Translations under genes and position numbers: made by a program
Shown: positions 1 to 9,094 of the stretch, one piece after another
How positions within the stretch are numbered: position 1 is the first letter of the stretch
Layout of the letters: every line of letters begins with the position of its first letter
NCBI GenBank assembly: GCA_938040315.1
Contig: CALHQW010000006.1
Span: 1,113 to 65,112, forward strand
Length of the DNA stretch: 64,000 bases
Reading direction: 5' to 3'
Origin: an uncultured bacterium
Lineage (GTDB): Bacteria; Hydrothermota; Tepidihabitantia; Tepidihabitantales; DTDR01
The notes under the pieces: model-generated
Database searches by the model: none
What the model saw: the letters and a program-made list of their open reading frames with translations, nothing else
What the model was told of the DNA's origin: nothing

Positions 1-1843
1 GGAGATTCCTTATGGCGTCCTAACACCAAAAAGAATTCTCAAAGGAGTGGTAAGTGGAGTAAGAGATTACGGAAATAGAATGGGAATACCAACTGCCTCT
101 GGTGCGGTATATTTTCATAAAAATTTTTTATGTAATCCTTTAGTCTTTTGTGGGACCTTAGGAATTATTCCGAAAGATAAGATTGAAAAGAGGGTTATTC
201 CTAACGATGTAATAGTGTTGGTTGGTGGTGATACTGGTAGAGATGGTATTCATGGCGTTACTTTTGCTTCTGGTGAATTAAAGAGGGAATCAAGGAAAGT
301 GGCTTATTCAGCAGTCCAAATTGGTAATCCGATAGAGGAGAAGAAAATTGTTGATGTTATTTTACAAGCGAGGGATGAAAACCTTTTTAATGCGATTACT
401 GATTGCGGTGGTGGTGGACTCTCTTCAGCAATTGGTGAACTTAGCGAAGAAACTGGTGCCGAGGTTTATTTAGAAAAAGTTCCCTTAAAATATGCCGGAT
501 TAAGTTATACCGAAATCTGGATTTCTGAATCCCAAGAAAGAATGATTTTATTTATGCCAGAGAAAAACTTTGAAAGATTTAAAGAAATCTGTGATTTACA
601 TAATGTAAAAGCAACTATTATTGGTAGATTAAGGGATGATAAGAAATTGATTTTAAAATATGAAGATAAGGTTGTTGGTGAAATAGATTTAGATTTTCTT
701 CATAATGGAATGCCCCAAGTAAAAAGAAAGGCAATTTGTAAAAGAAAAGAAAAATTAGCAAAGATTGATTGGGAGATAAAAGATTATAATCAAGTTTTAA
801 TAGATATCTTAAAAAATGAGAATGTTGCCTCTAAAGAATGGATTATTAGACAATATGATTTAGAAGTTCAAGGAAGAACGGTTTTAAAACCCCTTTTAGA
901 AGGTAGTCCTTCTGACGGAGTAGTTTTAAAACCATTGAGGGACAAGGATATCGGAATAGCGGTTGCCTGCGGAATAAACCCTTCTTATGGCGAGATATCA
1001 CCCTATTGGATGGCAGCATCAGTTGTTGATGAGGCATTAAGAAATATTACTTGTTTGAGCGGTGATATCAATAGAACAGCAATATTGGATAACTTCTGTT
1101 TTTCTAATCCGGAAAGAGAAGAAGTGATGGGTGATATTGTTGAGACCTGTTTTGGGGCCTATTTTGCGGCCAAAGGTTATGGTGTTCCTTTTATTTCTGG
1201 TAAAGATTCTTTATATAATGAGTTTAAAAGTGGTAAGAAAATAATCACTATTCCACCAACTTTATTAATTTCAGCAGTTGCCTTTGTTCCTGATATTAAT
1301 AAAACACCAACCACTTATTTTAAGAGACCAAAATCAAAAATTGTTTTGGTCGGCGAGACCTACGATGAACTCGGTGGTTCAATATATTTTTCTTTATATA
1401 ACAAAAATTTTGGTAAGGTTCCAAGAGTAAATCCAGAGAAAGGAAAGAGAATTATGGAAAAGATTTTTCAAGCAATCAATCAAGGTTTAATCATTTCTAT
1501 TCATGATTTATCAGAAGGTGGTTTAGGAGTTAGTTTGGCAGAAATGACTTTCACGAATAATTTGGGCTGTAAAGTTGATTTAGAAAAAGTTTTGTTAGGT
1601 GAAGAGATTAAAAGACCGGATATTATTTTATTTTCTGAGTCTAATACCCGTTTTCTTTGCGAAGTTGCCGAAGATAAAATTGAAAAATTTTTAAGTTTTA
1701 TGGGTGATATAAAATTGGCAATTATCGGTGAAGTATTAGCAGAAGGGCGATTGATAATTAACTACCAAAACAAAAATCTTGTTGATTTAGAAATAAAGAT
1801 TTTAAAAGAAAGTTGGGAAAAAGGATTAACCTCCAAGATTTAG
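1..1843 (+). CDS. purL: Phosphoribosylformylglycinamidine synthase subunit PurL (FGAM synthase II), 5'-truncated by the window edge
   Basis: Open in frame from the window start. Contains VSGVRDYGNRMGIPT and the AIR-synthase-related fold motifs typical of PurL. About 610 aa of a roughly 740-aa protein. Confidence 0.9.
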   Translation, partial: EIPYGVLTPKRILKGVVSGVRDYGNRMGIPTASGAVYFHKNFLCNPLVFCGTLGIIPKDKIEKRVIPNDVIVLVGGDTGRDGIHGVTFASGELKRESRKVAYSAVQIGNPIEEKKIVDVILQARDENLFNAITDCGGGGLSSAIGELSEETGAEVYLEKVPLKYAGLSYTEIWISESQERMILFMPEKNFERFKEICDLHNVKATIIGRLRDDKKLILKYEDKVVGEIDLDFLHNGMPQVKRKAICKRKEKLAKIDWEIKDYNQVLIDILKNENVASKEWIIRQYDLEVQGRTVLKPLLEGSPSDGVVLKPLRDKDIGIAVACGINPSYGEISPYWMAASVVDEALRNITCLSGDINRTAILDNFCFSNPEREEVMGDIVETCFGAYFAAKGYGVPFISGKDSLYNEFKSGKKIITIPPTLLISAVAFVPDINKTPTTYFKRPKSKIVLVGETYDELGGSIYFSLYNKNFGKVPRVNPEKGKRIMEKIFQAINQGLIISIHDLSEGGLGVSLAEMTFTNNLGCKVDLEKVLLGEEIKRPDIILFSESNTRFLCEVAEDKIEKFLSFMGDIKLAIIGEVLAEGRLIINYQNKNLVDLEIKILKESWEKGLTSKI

Positions 1844-2562
1844 AAAAGATACCTGATTTAACCTTAGTTGGTATTGTTAAAAGAAAGAAGGATTTTGAAA
1901 TTATTAAAAAGGAAAAATGGTATCGGATACCAGTAAAAAGCGCTCCGAAAGAGATTTCTCAAATTAAATATCTTGCCTTTTATTTTCCACAAATCTTTGG
2001 AGAGAAAAAATGGCAGATTTTATATTACGGAAAAGTAAAAAAGATAGAAATTTTGAAGAGAATTGATTTATTACCTAATGAAAAAGTCCATCCCAATGCC
2101 TTAGAAGATTATTATAAGATAAATATAGAAAAATTAATAAAATTAAAAAATCCGATAGTTTCTCAAAGAGGACGAAGAATTGTTTTTATTATTACTACTT
2201 TAAAAAAGTTATTAAATAGTAAAGAGATAAACGATTTATTTATCACTTCACCAATTGAGGAAAAACTTTATTGTGAATTAAAGAAAAATAAGATTCCTTG
2301 CGAAAGGCAATACTTTGTAAAAGAGGGCAACGATTTTTATTCTTTAGATTTTGCTATCTTTGGTAAGAAGGGAAAGATTGCTATTGAATGTGATGGTGAG
2401 AAATACCATTTAAAAAAGAAAGCAATTCTTTACGATCGGGAAAGAGATAACCAATTAGTAAGTGCTGGTTGGCGGATATTAAGATTTTATTCTAAGGATA
2501 TCAAAAAATCACCAGAGAGATGCATAAGATTGATAAAGAAGACGATAGAAAGAATATCTTGA
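1813..2562 (+). CDS. DUF559 (Vsr/restriction-endonuclease-like fold) domain protein with an approx. 130-aa N-terminal extension of unknown function
   Basis: C-terminal ...IAIECDGEKYH...YDRERDNQLVSAGWRILRF is the DUF559 signature. The N-terminal half has no recognisable family. Overlaps the purL 3' end by 31 nt. Confidence 0.6.
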   Translation: MGKRINLQDLEKIPDLTLVGIVKRKKDFEIIKKEKWYRIPVKSAPKEISQIKYLAFYFPQIFGEKKWQILYYGKVKKIEILKRIDLLPNEKVHPNALEDYYKINIEKLIKLKNPIVSQRGRRIVFIITTLKKLLNSKEINDLFITSPIEEKLYCELKKNKIPCERQYFVKEGNDFYSLDFAIFGKKGKIAIECDGEKYHLKKKAILYDRERDNQLVSAGWRILRFYSKDIKKSPERCIRLIKKTIERIS

Positions 2563-2598
2563 CTTTTAAAATAGTTTGTTTTATAATAAACTAATTAA

Positions 2599-2865
2599 AT
2601 GGAGGAAAAAATGGAGATAAGAGTTGGTAAGGTTACTCATTATTATTCCAAAATTGGTGTGGCGATTGTGGAGATAACTGATGAAAGTTTAAATATTGGC
2701 GACACGATTAAAATAAAGGGACATTCAACCGATTTTACCCAAACAGTTGATTCCATGCAAATTGAACATCAGCCAATTAATAAAGCCGAAGTGGGCAATA
2801 TAATCGGTTTAAAGGTAAAAGAAAAATGTCGAGAAGGCGATATTGTTTATAAAGTGTTACCCTAA
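2599..2865 (+). CDS. Small beta-barrel protein resembling translation-elongation-factor domain 2 (EF-Tu D2-like); the true start is probably the ATG at 2611, which follows a GGAGG
   Basis: 84-88 aa. GKV..Y..IGVAIVEI.D..L..GD.I.I.G.....Q.V.SMQI.H....A..G..IGLKV resembles standalone GTP_EFTU_D2-like proteins. An SD GGAGG lies 6 nt before the second ATG. Confidence 0.4.
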   Translation: MEEKMEIRVGKVTHYYSKIGVAIVEITDESLNIGDTIKIKGHSTDFTQTVDSMQIEHQPINKAEVGNIIGLKVKEKCREGDIVYKVLP

Positions 2866-2880
2866 TAAAAAAGGAGGAAG

Positions 2881-3045
2881 ATGGCAAGGAGTAAAAGTAA
2901 ACAGAAAAGAATGAGGCATATAAGATGGTTAAAATTCAAAAGAAGGATCGAAAAGAAAAAGGAATTAGAAAAATTAATGTCTCAAAATATTAGTCAAAAT
3001 AAAGAAGCCGAAGTAACAAGCGAAAACAAAGAGAATAAAGAATAG
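2881..3045 (+). CDS. Unannotated 54-aa highly basic small protein (MARSKSKQKRMRHIRWLKFKRRIEKKK...), translationally coupled to addB
   Basis: Strong SD AAAGGAGGAAG 5 nt upstream of the ATG. The stop TAG abuts the addB GTG start (TAGGTG). The N-terminus is lysine/arginine-rich and looks nucleic-acid-binding. Below the ORF-track length cut-off. Confidence 0.4.
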   Translation: MARSKSKQKRMRHIRWLKFKRRIEKKKELEKLMSQNISQNKEAEVTSENKENKE

Positions 3046-5790
3046 GTGCGCTTTCTTTATCGGATTACCGATAGTAGTGAAGGAGTAATTAAGAAGGTCT
3101 TTCAAGAGCTTCTTAATTTTTATCCCAAAGATACTAAGAATGATTTTTCAAAAATTTATCATTTTGGTAGTAGTGGATTACAGAACCTTTTTGCTTCTCT
3201 TATTTTTGGTAATTTGATAAAGCCAAACTCATTTATTCCGCCCCATTTTTTCACCTTAAAAGAATTTGCTTTAACTATTTTGGAAAGAGAAGGAATATTA
3301 AGAGATTATAAGATAATTAATAATAGTTTAAAGCCAATTATTATTTTAAATCTTTTAGAGGAAAAAGAAAAAGAGAAAGTTAGTTTTGGTTATAGTGTTA
3401 TTCTTTCCGAATTTATTAGTGAAATCAAACAATATTATTATGAAGAAGATATAAAGGATAACTTTTTGAAAAAATTAGAAATCTATCCCCAGGCTTATGA
3501 GAATTTAGAATTTGCCTTTAAGATAAAAGAAAGATATGAAGAATATTTAAAGAAAAATAGATTTTTAGATGAAGAAGATTGTCAGTATTTAGCAAATAAG
3601 ATAATTAAAGAAAAGAAGATTAGTTTTCCTTTTTTGGTGATTAATGGGTTTATTGACTTCACTAATTTAGAGAAAAATTTAATTTCTACTTTGATAAAAA
3701 ATAGTGAATATACTTTTGTCCTTTCTTTGGTGGAAGAAAGTAAAACTTTTGATTTTTATCTATCCTGTGGTGATTTTACCCAGATTGAATATCAAAAGAA
3801 TTCTTTTTCCAAAGAGGATTTTTTAAAATCACCGATTTATACCTATTCAACCATTGAAGAAGAGATTGAAGGGATTTTAAAAAGAATAAAATTGCGCCAT
3901 TTTAAGAATGAAAAGGATTTAGGTTCAGTAATTTTAGTTTCTCCTAATTTAAAAAAATATTGTTATATTTTAGAAAGAATCTTTCGGCGACTTGATTTAC
4001 CTTATGGAATATTCAAAACCTTAAAATTAAAAGACCTACCGCCTTTTTCCTTTTTAATCGATGTTTTGAAAACAATTGATGAGAATTACCCTCGTTTAAA
4101 AACTTCTTTAATTTTTTCTTTGCCCTATTTTGGAAAATTTTCTTCCGAAACAAAAAAATATATAAATTACTTATCAAAAATGGCAAGGGTGATTTATGGG
4201 AAAAGTGATTGGCTTTCTTTAAAAGATGTTCTTTTAAAAACTAATGATGCTAAAATAAAGGAACTCTTTAAAAAAGGAATAATTGATAGGGTAATGAGAG
4301 ATATAAAAAAATTTTTTGACCTAACTGAAAATTTAATAGAAAATAAGAGAACTTTAAGCGAATTTGTTTTTGGTTTTCGAAAATTTCTTGAAGAATTAAA
4401 ATTTCTAAAAGGAAAAGATTACGGAGAGATTATTTATGAGGCGCTTTTAAAATTTTACGAAATTTTATCTAACTTAGAAGATTTTAATATTCCGATTGAT
4501 TTTCCTAAATTTATTAAGATTATTGATTACCATTTCTCTTATATTCCAGTGAGAATTGAAAAAGAGTTTTCCGGAATTAAAGTAATTGATCTCCACGATT
4601 TAGTAATTTGGGATTTTGCTTTTTTGAAAGATTATGAGTTTTATCTTTTTGGTTTAGTGGAAGAAGATTTACCTTCTCATTATCGTCCAGAACCATTAAT
4701 TCCCGAACATTTGAAAAAGGAATTTAATCTACCCAACTCAGACCTTCATCTTTTTCGAGAAAAGAGTTATTTATACTCCTTTTTAAAAACCGCTTATAAA
4801 AATTGTTATCTTTCTACCCATAATTATGAAAATGAAAATCCGGTATTACTGACACCCTTTTTAGAAGGCAAGAAAATAAAACCAAAAGAGTTAGAGCAAA
4901 TTTTAGGAGTAGAAGAATTTTCAATATTAAAAGGGGAAAGAGAACTTCCTTTCTTTAATATAAAAAAGACCGATATTAATTTAGAAAACTGGGCAACAAA
5001 AGAAAAGCCCCTTTCCATAACGGACTTGGTAAAATATCTTAAATGTCCTTTTCAATTCTATTTAGAAAAAGTGTTGGGACTTTCCTTAGAAGAAGAAAAA
5101 TCAGTAGCAATTGAAAAATGGGAATGGGGAAGGTTGGTCCATTCAGTAATGCAAAAACTTTATAAAGATAAAAAAGTTCCTGAGATTAATGAATTAGAAA
5201 AAGTAATTAAAGAGAAATTAGAGGAGGCAATAAGAGAGGAAGTTAGTTTTGAAATTTTACCAATTTGGCAAGATTTTATTAATAAATTATTTAATGAGAA
5301 AATAATTCCTCTGGTTTTAAAAGTTGAAGAAACTTTGCGAGAAAAGGGGTTTTTACCTTGGCCAGAAAAGATGGAATATTCTATTGAAGGCGAAATAATT
5401 GACGGGATATATTTAAAAGGAAGAATTGACCGAATTGATAGAAATGATAAAAATCGAAGCGTTTTTATAATAGATTATAAAACCACAAAGGAAAAACCTT
5501 TTTCTTTAAGAGAGATGGAAAAGGAAAAAGATTTAATCCAAATTGTTGCTTATGCCTCTTTATGGAATAGATTATCTGATTTAAAATATGAAAATTTGGG
5601 AATATATTATTTACCGGAAGCCAAATTGAAGGTGCCAAAGGAAAAAGAATTGAAAGGAATGGAGGAATATCTTTTAGTGACAATAAAAGAGGGTGTAGAA
5701 AGATTAAGAAGAGGTGATTTTTCGGTTGATAATATAGATGAAAATAAATGCTATATGTGTAATTATCAATTTCTTTGTGAAAGGAGATAA
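3046..5790 (+). CDS. addB: ATP-dependent helicase/deoxyribonuclease subunit B (AddB/RexB-type: inactive helicase-like N-terminus, C-terminal PD-(D/E)XK nuclease with a 4-Cys Fe-S cluster)
   Basis: C-terminal GRIDRIDRN...IIDYKT nuclease motif, plus Cys ligands (CPFQFY ... KCYMCNYQFLCE). 914 aa. Sits immediately upstream of addA. GTG start. Confidence 0.8.
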   Translation: MRFLYRITDSSEGVIKKVFQELLNFYPKDTKNDFSKIYHFGSSGLQNLFASLIFGNLIKPNSFIPPHFFTLKEFALTILEREGILRDYKIINNSLKPIIILNLLEEKEKEKVSFGYSVILSEFISEIKQYYYEEDIKDNFLKKLEIYPQAYENLEFAFKIKERYEEYLKKNRFLDEEDCQYLANKIIKEKKISFPFLVINGFIDFTNLEKNLISTLIKNSEYTFVLSLVEESKTFDFYLSCGDFTQIEYQKNSFSKEDFLKSPIYTYSTIEEEIEGILKRIKLRHFKNEKDLGSVILVSPNLKKYCYILERIFRRLDLPYGIFKTLKLKDLPPFSFLIDVLKTIDENYPRLKTSLIFSLPYFGKFSSETKKYINYLSKMARVIYGKSDWLSLKDVLLKTNDAKIKELFKKGIIDRVMRDIKKFFDLTENLIENKRTLSEFVFGFRKFLEELKFLKGKDYGEIIYEALLKFYEILSNLEDFNIPIDFPKFIKIIDYHFSYIPVRIEKEFSGIKVIDLHDLVIWDFAFLKDYEFYLFGLVEEDLPSHYRPEPLIPEHLKKEFNLPNSDLHLFREKSYLYSFLKTAYKNCYLSTHNYENENPVLLTPFLEGKKIKPKELEQILGVEEFSILKGERELPFFNIKKTDINLENWATKEKPLSITDLVKYLKCPFQFYLEKVLGLSLEEEKSVAIEKWEWGRLVHSVMQKLYKDKKVPEINELEKVIKEKLEEAIREEVSFEILPIWQDFINKLFNEKIIPLVLKVEETLREKGFLPWPEKMEYSIEGEIIDGIYLKGRIDRIDRNDKNRSVFIIDYKTTKEKPFSLREMEKEKDLIQIVAYASLWNRLSDLKYENLGIYYLPEAKLKVPKEKELKGMEEYLLVTIKEGVERLRRGDFSVDNIDENKCYMCNYQFLCERR

Positions 5791-5793
5791 AAA

Positions 5794-8658
5794 ATGGAAG
5801 CAAAATTAATTTTGGCACCGGCCGGCAGTGGTAAGACAAAGAGATTAGCCGAAAATTATTTAGCCCTTTTGAAAAAAGGCGTACCAATTGAAAAAATCTT
5901 GGCAATCACCTTTACCGAAAAGGCTGCTTACGAGATGAAAGAAAGAATTTTTAATATGGCAAAAGAGGAGCCAGAAATCTTTAAAAAATTGAAGGAGAAT
6001 TTAAATAAAATCAGAATCTCCACAATTGATTCTTTCTGTCTCTCTTTAATTAAAAGATTTTCTTTTCTTCTAAATCTTTCTTCCTATTTGGATGTGATTG
6101 AATATCCCCGAAATCTTCAGGAAAAGGCAATCATCCTAGCTTTCCGCTCCTTAAAAGAAGATGAAGAATTTTATAAACTTCTTCTTGATTTCTTTATCCA
6201 ATTTAATTTTGAAGGATATAAAAAATTAAAGAGAGATTTTTTGCTTCCCTTTTTTGAGAAAAGATTATTTTCTAATAGAAAAGAAATAATAACTGAAGAA
6301 AAACTTAATAAAATAGATAAGAATAATAAAAAAGAAATTGAGAAAATTTTAAGTAGAAAATTGGGTAATATTGCTTTTCGTTTTTTTAAGGAAAAGGTTG
6401 AAAAATTTTATGAAGAAGAGAAATTAAAAAGGGAGATTTTAGATTTTTCTGATTTGGAACTTCTTGCTTACTCTCTTCTAAAGGAACATCCCGAATGTAA
6501 TAATATTTTAGATGCCTTTGATGAGCGAACTGATCATATTTTGGTTGATGAATTCCAAGATACCAATTACTTACAATGGGCAATAATTGATAAACTTACT
6601 GAAGAATGGCGAGCCGGCAAAGGTAGAAAATATGAATTGGGAATAAGACCTTCCCTTTTTTTGGTAGGCGATGAGAAGCAATCTATCTATTATTTTCGCG
6701 GTGCCAATGTAGAAATAGTTAATTATGCTCAAAAAAGATTAAAAGAATGGTTGGCCAATGAATTCCAATTAGAGATTGTTCAAGAGAATTACCGAAGTTT
6801 AAAGGCGATTATTGATTTTACCAATATTTTATTTTCCGAAATCTTTGGCAAAGATTATACTCCTTTTTTAAAAAGAAGAAATAATGAGGCAATCGGTAAA
6901 GTGGAGATTATTCTTTTGGAAGGAAATAATAGCACCAGAGAGAAAAGAGAGTTAGAGGCCGAAGTTATTTGCAAAAAAATAAAATCAATTGTGAATAATT
7001 TAGAACTTTATAGTTTAAATGAAGAGAAAAGATATATTTGTGATTATAAAGATATTACAATTTTGATTAGAAAAAGAACCCATTTAAGAATATTAGAAGA
7101 AAAATTGAGAGAATATGAGATTCCCTTTGTGGTTGTTAAAGGAACGGGTTTTTATGATGAGCCCGAGATTCAATTTCTTTTAAGTTTTATCCGTTTTTTA
7201 AATGAACCAGTATCTTCCTATAATCTTTATCTTCTACTAAAAAGTCCTTTGTTTAATTTTAGTGAAGAAGAGATTATAAAAATTAATCAAGAAAAAGGCT
7301 TAAATCTTTACGAAAAGTTATTAAACTATTCTCAATATTGTGATAACAATCGGAAAAGGGATATTGAATATTTGAAATCTCTTTTAAAGGAATATCAAAA
7401 AGAACGAATGTCGATCTTTATTGAAAGGGTATTAAAAGAAAGAGATGTTTATAAATGGCTAACCGATCCCCAAAGAGAAGCCAATGTGAAAAAGTTTCTA
7501 AATCTTTTAGAAAAATTAGAAAGCGAAAATCAATCTCTTTTAAATATTATTCAATTCTTCCAATTTGTTAAAGAAGATGAACCAAAAGCAAATGTCAATA
7601 CTGAAGAGATGAATGTAGTAAAAATAATGACCATTCATGAAGCAAAGGGGTTACAATTTCCAGTAGTTTTTGTGCCTTTTTTAGATGAATCGGTGAGGTC
7701 GCGGTTAAATCAATCCTTTCTTTTTATTGAAGAAAGCGAAGATCGGGTAAGATATGTGGGAGAAGGGATAAAGGAATATTGCCGAAATTCAGAAGATTTT
7801 ATAATCCATCAAAATAAGGAAGTAGAAGAAGAGAAAAGGATTTTCTATGTTGCTGTTACTCGAGCACAAGACGCCCTTTATCTTTCAGGTGTTTTAAGTG
7901 ATAGGATAGAGGAATCAAAATTACTTTGGTTGATGGATAAACTCCAAATTAAAAAAGTCGATAATCATTATGAATTAGGGAAAAAAATTGAAGGAGTTAG
8001 AATTTTAACTAAAGAGGAGGTGGAAAGAGAATATGAGAAAATAAAGGGAGAAGTAGAAATAAGAGAAGAAAAGAAAATTTCTCCGATAAAAATTGAAAAA
8101 ATAACTGGATTGAAAAAAGGGATAAAATACATAGAAGTTACTAAAGTCTTACCCAAAGAAAGAAGGCACCATTCTTTAGAATGGATAATTTTTGGCGATG
8201 TTTTACATGCAATTTTGGATGAGATAAGTAAGGGTTATTTAAAAGAAGAAGAGATTGAAAATCGAAGTAGAGAACTTTTGAAAAGAAAAGGCATTAGTAA
8301 TCTTAATTTAGATAAATGGGTAAAAACAATTTGTGAACATTTTCAAAAATTAAAAGAAAAAGATTTATTAAAAATTGTTGAAAGAAAAGAAAATAGTTTT
8401 TCCGAGCTTCCTTTTGTTCTCAAAAAGGGAAATAAGTTTTATTCAGGCAGAATTGATAAAATAGTTATTGAAAATGATACCATTTATTTATATGATTACA
8501 AAACCTTTCCAGTTAAAGAAAAGGAATTAGAGAAAATTGCTAAAAGTTATTTACCCCAATTAAAGATTTACGAAATTGCTTTGAAGAAAATCTTTAATAA
8601 AGAAGTTAAAAAATATATTATTTTTACATCTCTCGGTGAATTAGTCTCTGTCGCATAA
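5794..8658 (+). CDS. addA: ATP-dependent helicase/nuclease subunit A (UvrD-like SF1 helicase with C-terminal PD-(D/E)XK nuclease)
   Basis: Walker A LAPAGSGKTK, UvrD/Rep motifs (VDEFQDTN, TIHEAKGLQFPVVF, VAVTRA), and a C-terminal GRIDKI...YLYDYKT nuclease motif. 954 aa, shorter than the roughly 1200 aa of Bacillus AddA. Confidence 0.85.
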   Translation: MEAKLILAPAGSGKTKRLAENYLALLKKGVPIEKILAITFTEKAAYEMKERIFNMAKEEPEIFKKLKENLNKIRISTIDSFCLSLIKRFSFLLNLSSYLDVIEYPRNLQEKAIILAFRSLKEDEEFYKLLLDFFIQFNFEGYKKLKRDFLLPFFEKRLFSNRKEIITEEKLNKIDKNNKKEIEKILSRKLGNIAFRFFKEKVEKFYEEEKLKREILDFSDLELLAYSLLKEHPECNNILDAFDERTDHILVDEFQDTNYLQWAIIDKLTEEWRAGKGRKYELGIRPSLFLVGDEKQSIYYFRGANVEIVNYAQKRLKEWLANEFQLEIVQENYRSLKAIIDFTNILFSEIFGKDYTPFLKRRNNEAIGKVEIILLEGNNSTREKRELEAEVICKKIKSIVNNLELYSLNEEKRYICDYKDITILIRKRTHLRILEEKLREYEIPFVVVKGTGFYDEPEIQFLLSFIRFLNEPVSSYNLYLLLKSPLFNFSEEEIIKINQEKGLNLYEKLLNYSQYCDNNRKRDIEYLKSLLKEYQKERMSIFIERVLKERDVYKWLTDPQREANVKKFLNLLEKLESENQSLLNIIQFFQFVKEDEPKANVNTEEMNVVKIMTIHEAKGLQFPVVFVPFLDESVRSRLNQSFLFIEESEDRVRYVGEGIKEYCRNSEDFIIHQNKEVEEEKRIFYVAVTRAQDALYLSGVLSDRIEESKLLWLMDKLQIKKVDNHYELGKKIEGVRILTKEEVEREYEKIKGEVEIREEKKISPIKIEKITGLKKGIKYIEVTKVLPKERRHHSLEWIIFGDVLHAILDEISKGYLKEEEIENRSRELLKRKGISNLNLDKWVKTICEHFQKLKEKDLLKIVERKENSFSELPFVLKKGNKFYSGRIDKIVIENDTIYLYDYKTFPVKEKELEKIAKSYLPQLKIYEIALKKIFNKEVKKYIIFTSLGELVSVA

Positions 8659-8988
8659 AGGACATTGCCAATCAGGTTCTTTAGGAATTGGATGGGGTTG
8701 GCCATTACGGTTTAACCGATGCCACAATTCACATTCTAATAAAAAGGCTTCATAAGCAGTTTCGGTTGTTTTTGCCCAAAAATAGGCATAAGCCGCATCA
8801 ATTCCCCTAACTGTTTCCGTTAACTTTTTTAAAACTCCATAAAGATCTTCATCAGCACGACCAATTTTTATTGGTACTTCCCCATCATTGGATAATAAGA
8901 AAACACCAGGCTTTTTTTCGTCTTCAATAAAATAATAATCAATCCATTCTAAACGACGGAATTTAATCCCCTCCATCTCCAACATCAT
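8641..8988 (-). CDS. GIY-YIG-like nuclease superfamily small protein with a C-terminal CxxC
   Basis: KPGVFLLSNDGEVPIKIGRADE matches the GIY-(10-11)-YIG-R spacing, with downstream conserved E and H. Convergent with addA and overlaps its 3' end by 18 nt. Confidence 0.4.
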   Translation of the reverse strand: MMLEMEGIKFRRLEWIDYYFIEDEKKPGVFLLSNDGEVPIKIGRADEDLYGVLKKLTETVRGIDAAYAYFWAKTTETAYEAFLLECELWHRLNRNGQPHPIPKEPDWQCPLCDRD

Positions 8989-9059
8989 CCCTCCTTTTTA
9001 ACACACACCTCTATATATATTATAATAAAAAATTTTTAAATGTCAAGAAATTTAATTTT

Positions 9060-9087
9060 TTGACTTTAAAATCTTTAATTTTATAAT
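9060..9087 (+). promoter_or_regulatory. Near-consensus sigma70 promoter: TTGACT -16- TATAAT. The -10 ends 7 nt before the ATG at 9095, so a leaderless transcript is predicted.
   Basis: TTGACT at 9060-9065 and TATAAT at 9082-9087, read directly from the sequence. Confidence 0.5.
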
Positions 9088-9094
9088 TTTTTAT

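Noticed and set aside
846-1037. Nested antisense ORFs inside larger genes (also 4824-5018, 5465-5905, 6386-6583, 7968-8156, 9613-9972, 10205-10438, 13419-13688, 14481-14735, 15578-15784, 15856-16095, 23006-23260, 23277-23480, 24062-24250, 24966-25199, 25668-25889, 28558-28854, 32646-32927, 33188-33379, 33495-33780, 34542-34733, 37223-37429, 38232-38450, 40041-40576, 44172-44808, 46163-46429, 46727-47093, 48239-48520, 54472-54693, 54946-55155, 56095-56310, 59815-60003, 61467-61661, 62204-62458)
   Set aside because: These are short low-complexity ORFs embedded in or antisense to well-supported genes, with no RBS and no family resemblance. They are typical AT-rich six-frame noise.
2599-2610. First ATG (2599) as the start of the EF-Tu-D2-like ORF
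   Set aside because: GGAGG (2601-2605) is positioned to serve the second ATG at 2611, and the first ATG has no SD. 2611 is the probable true start.
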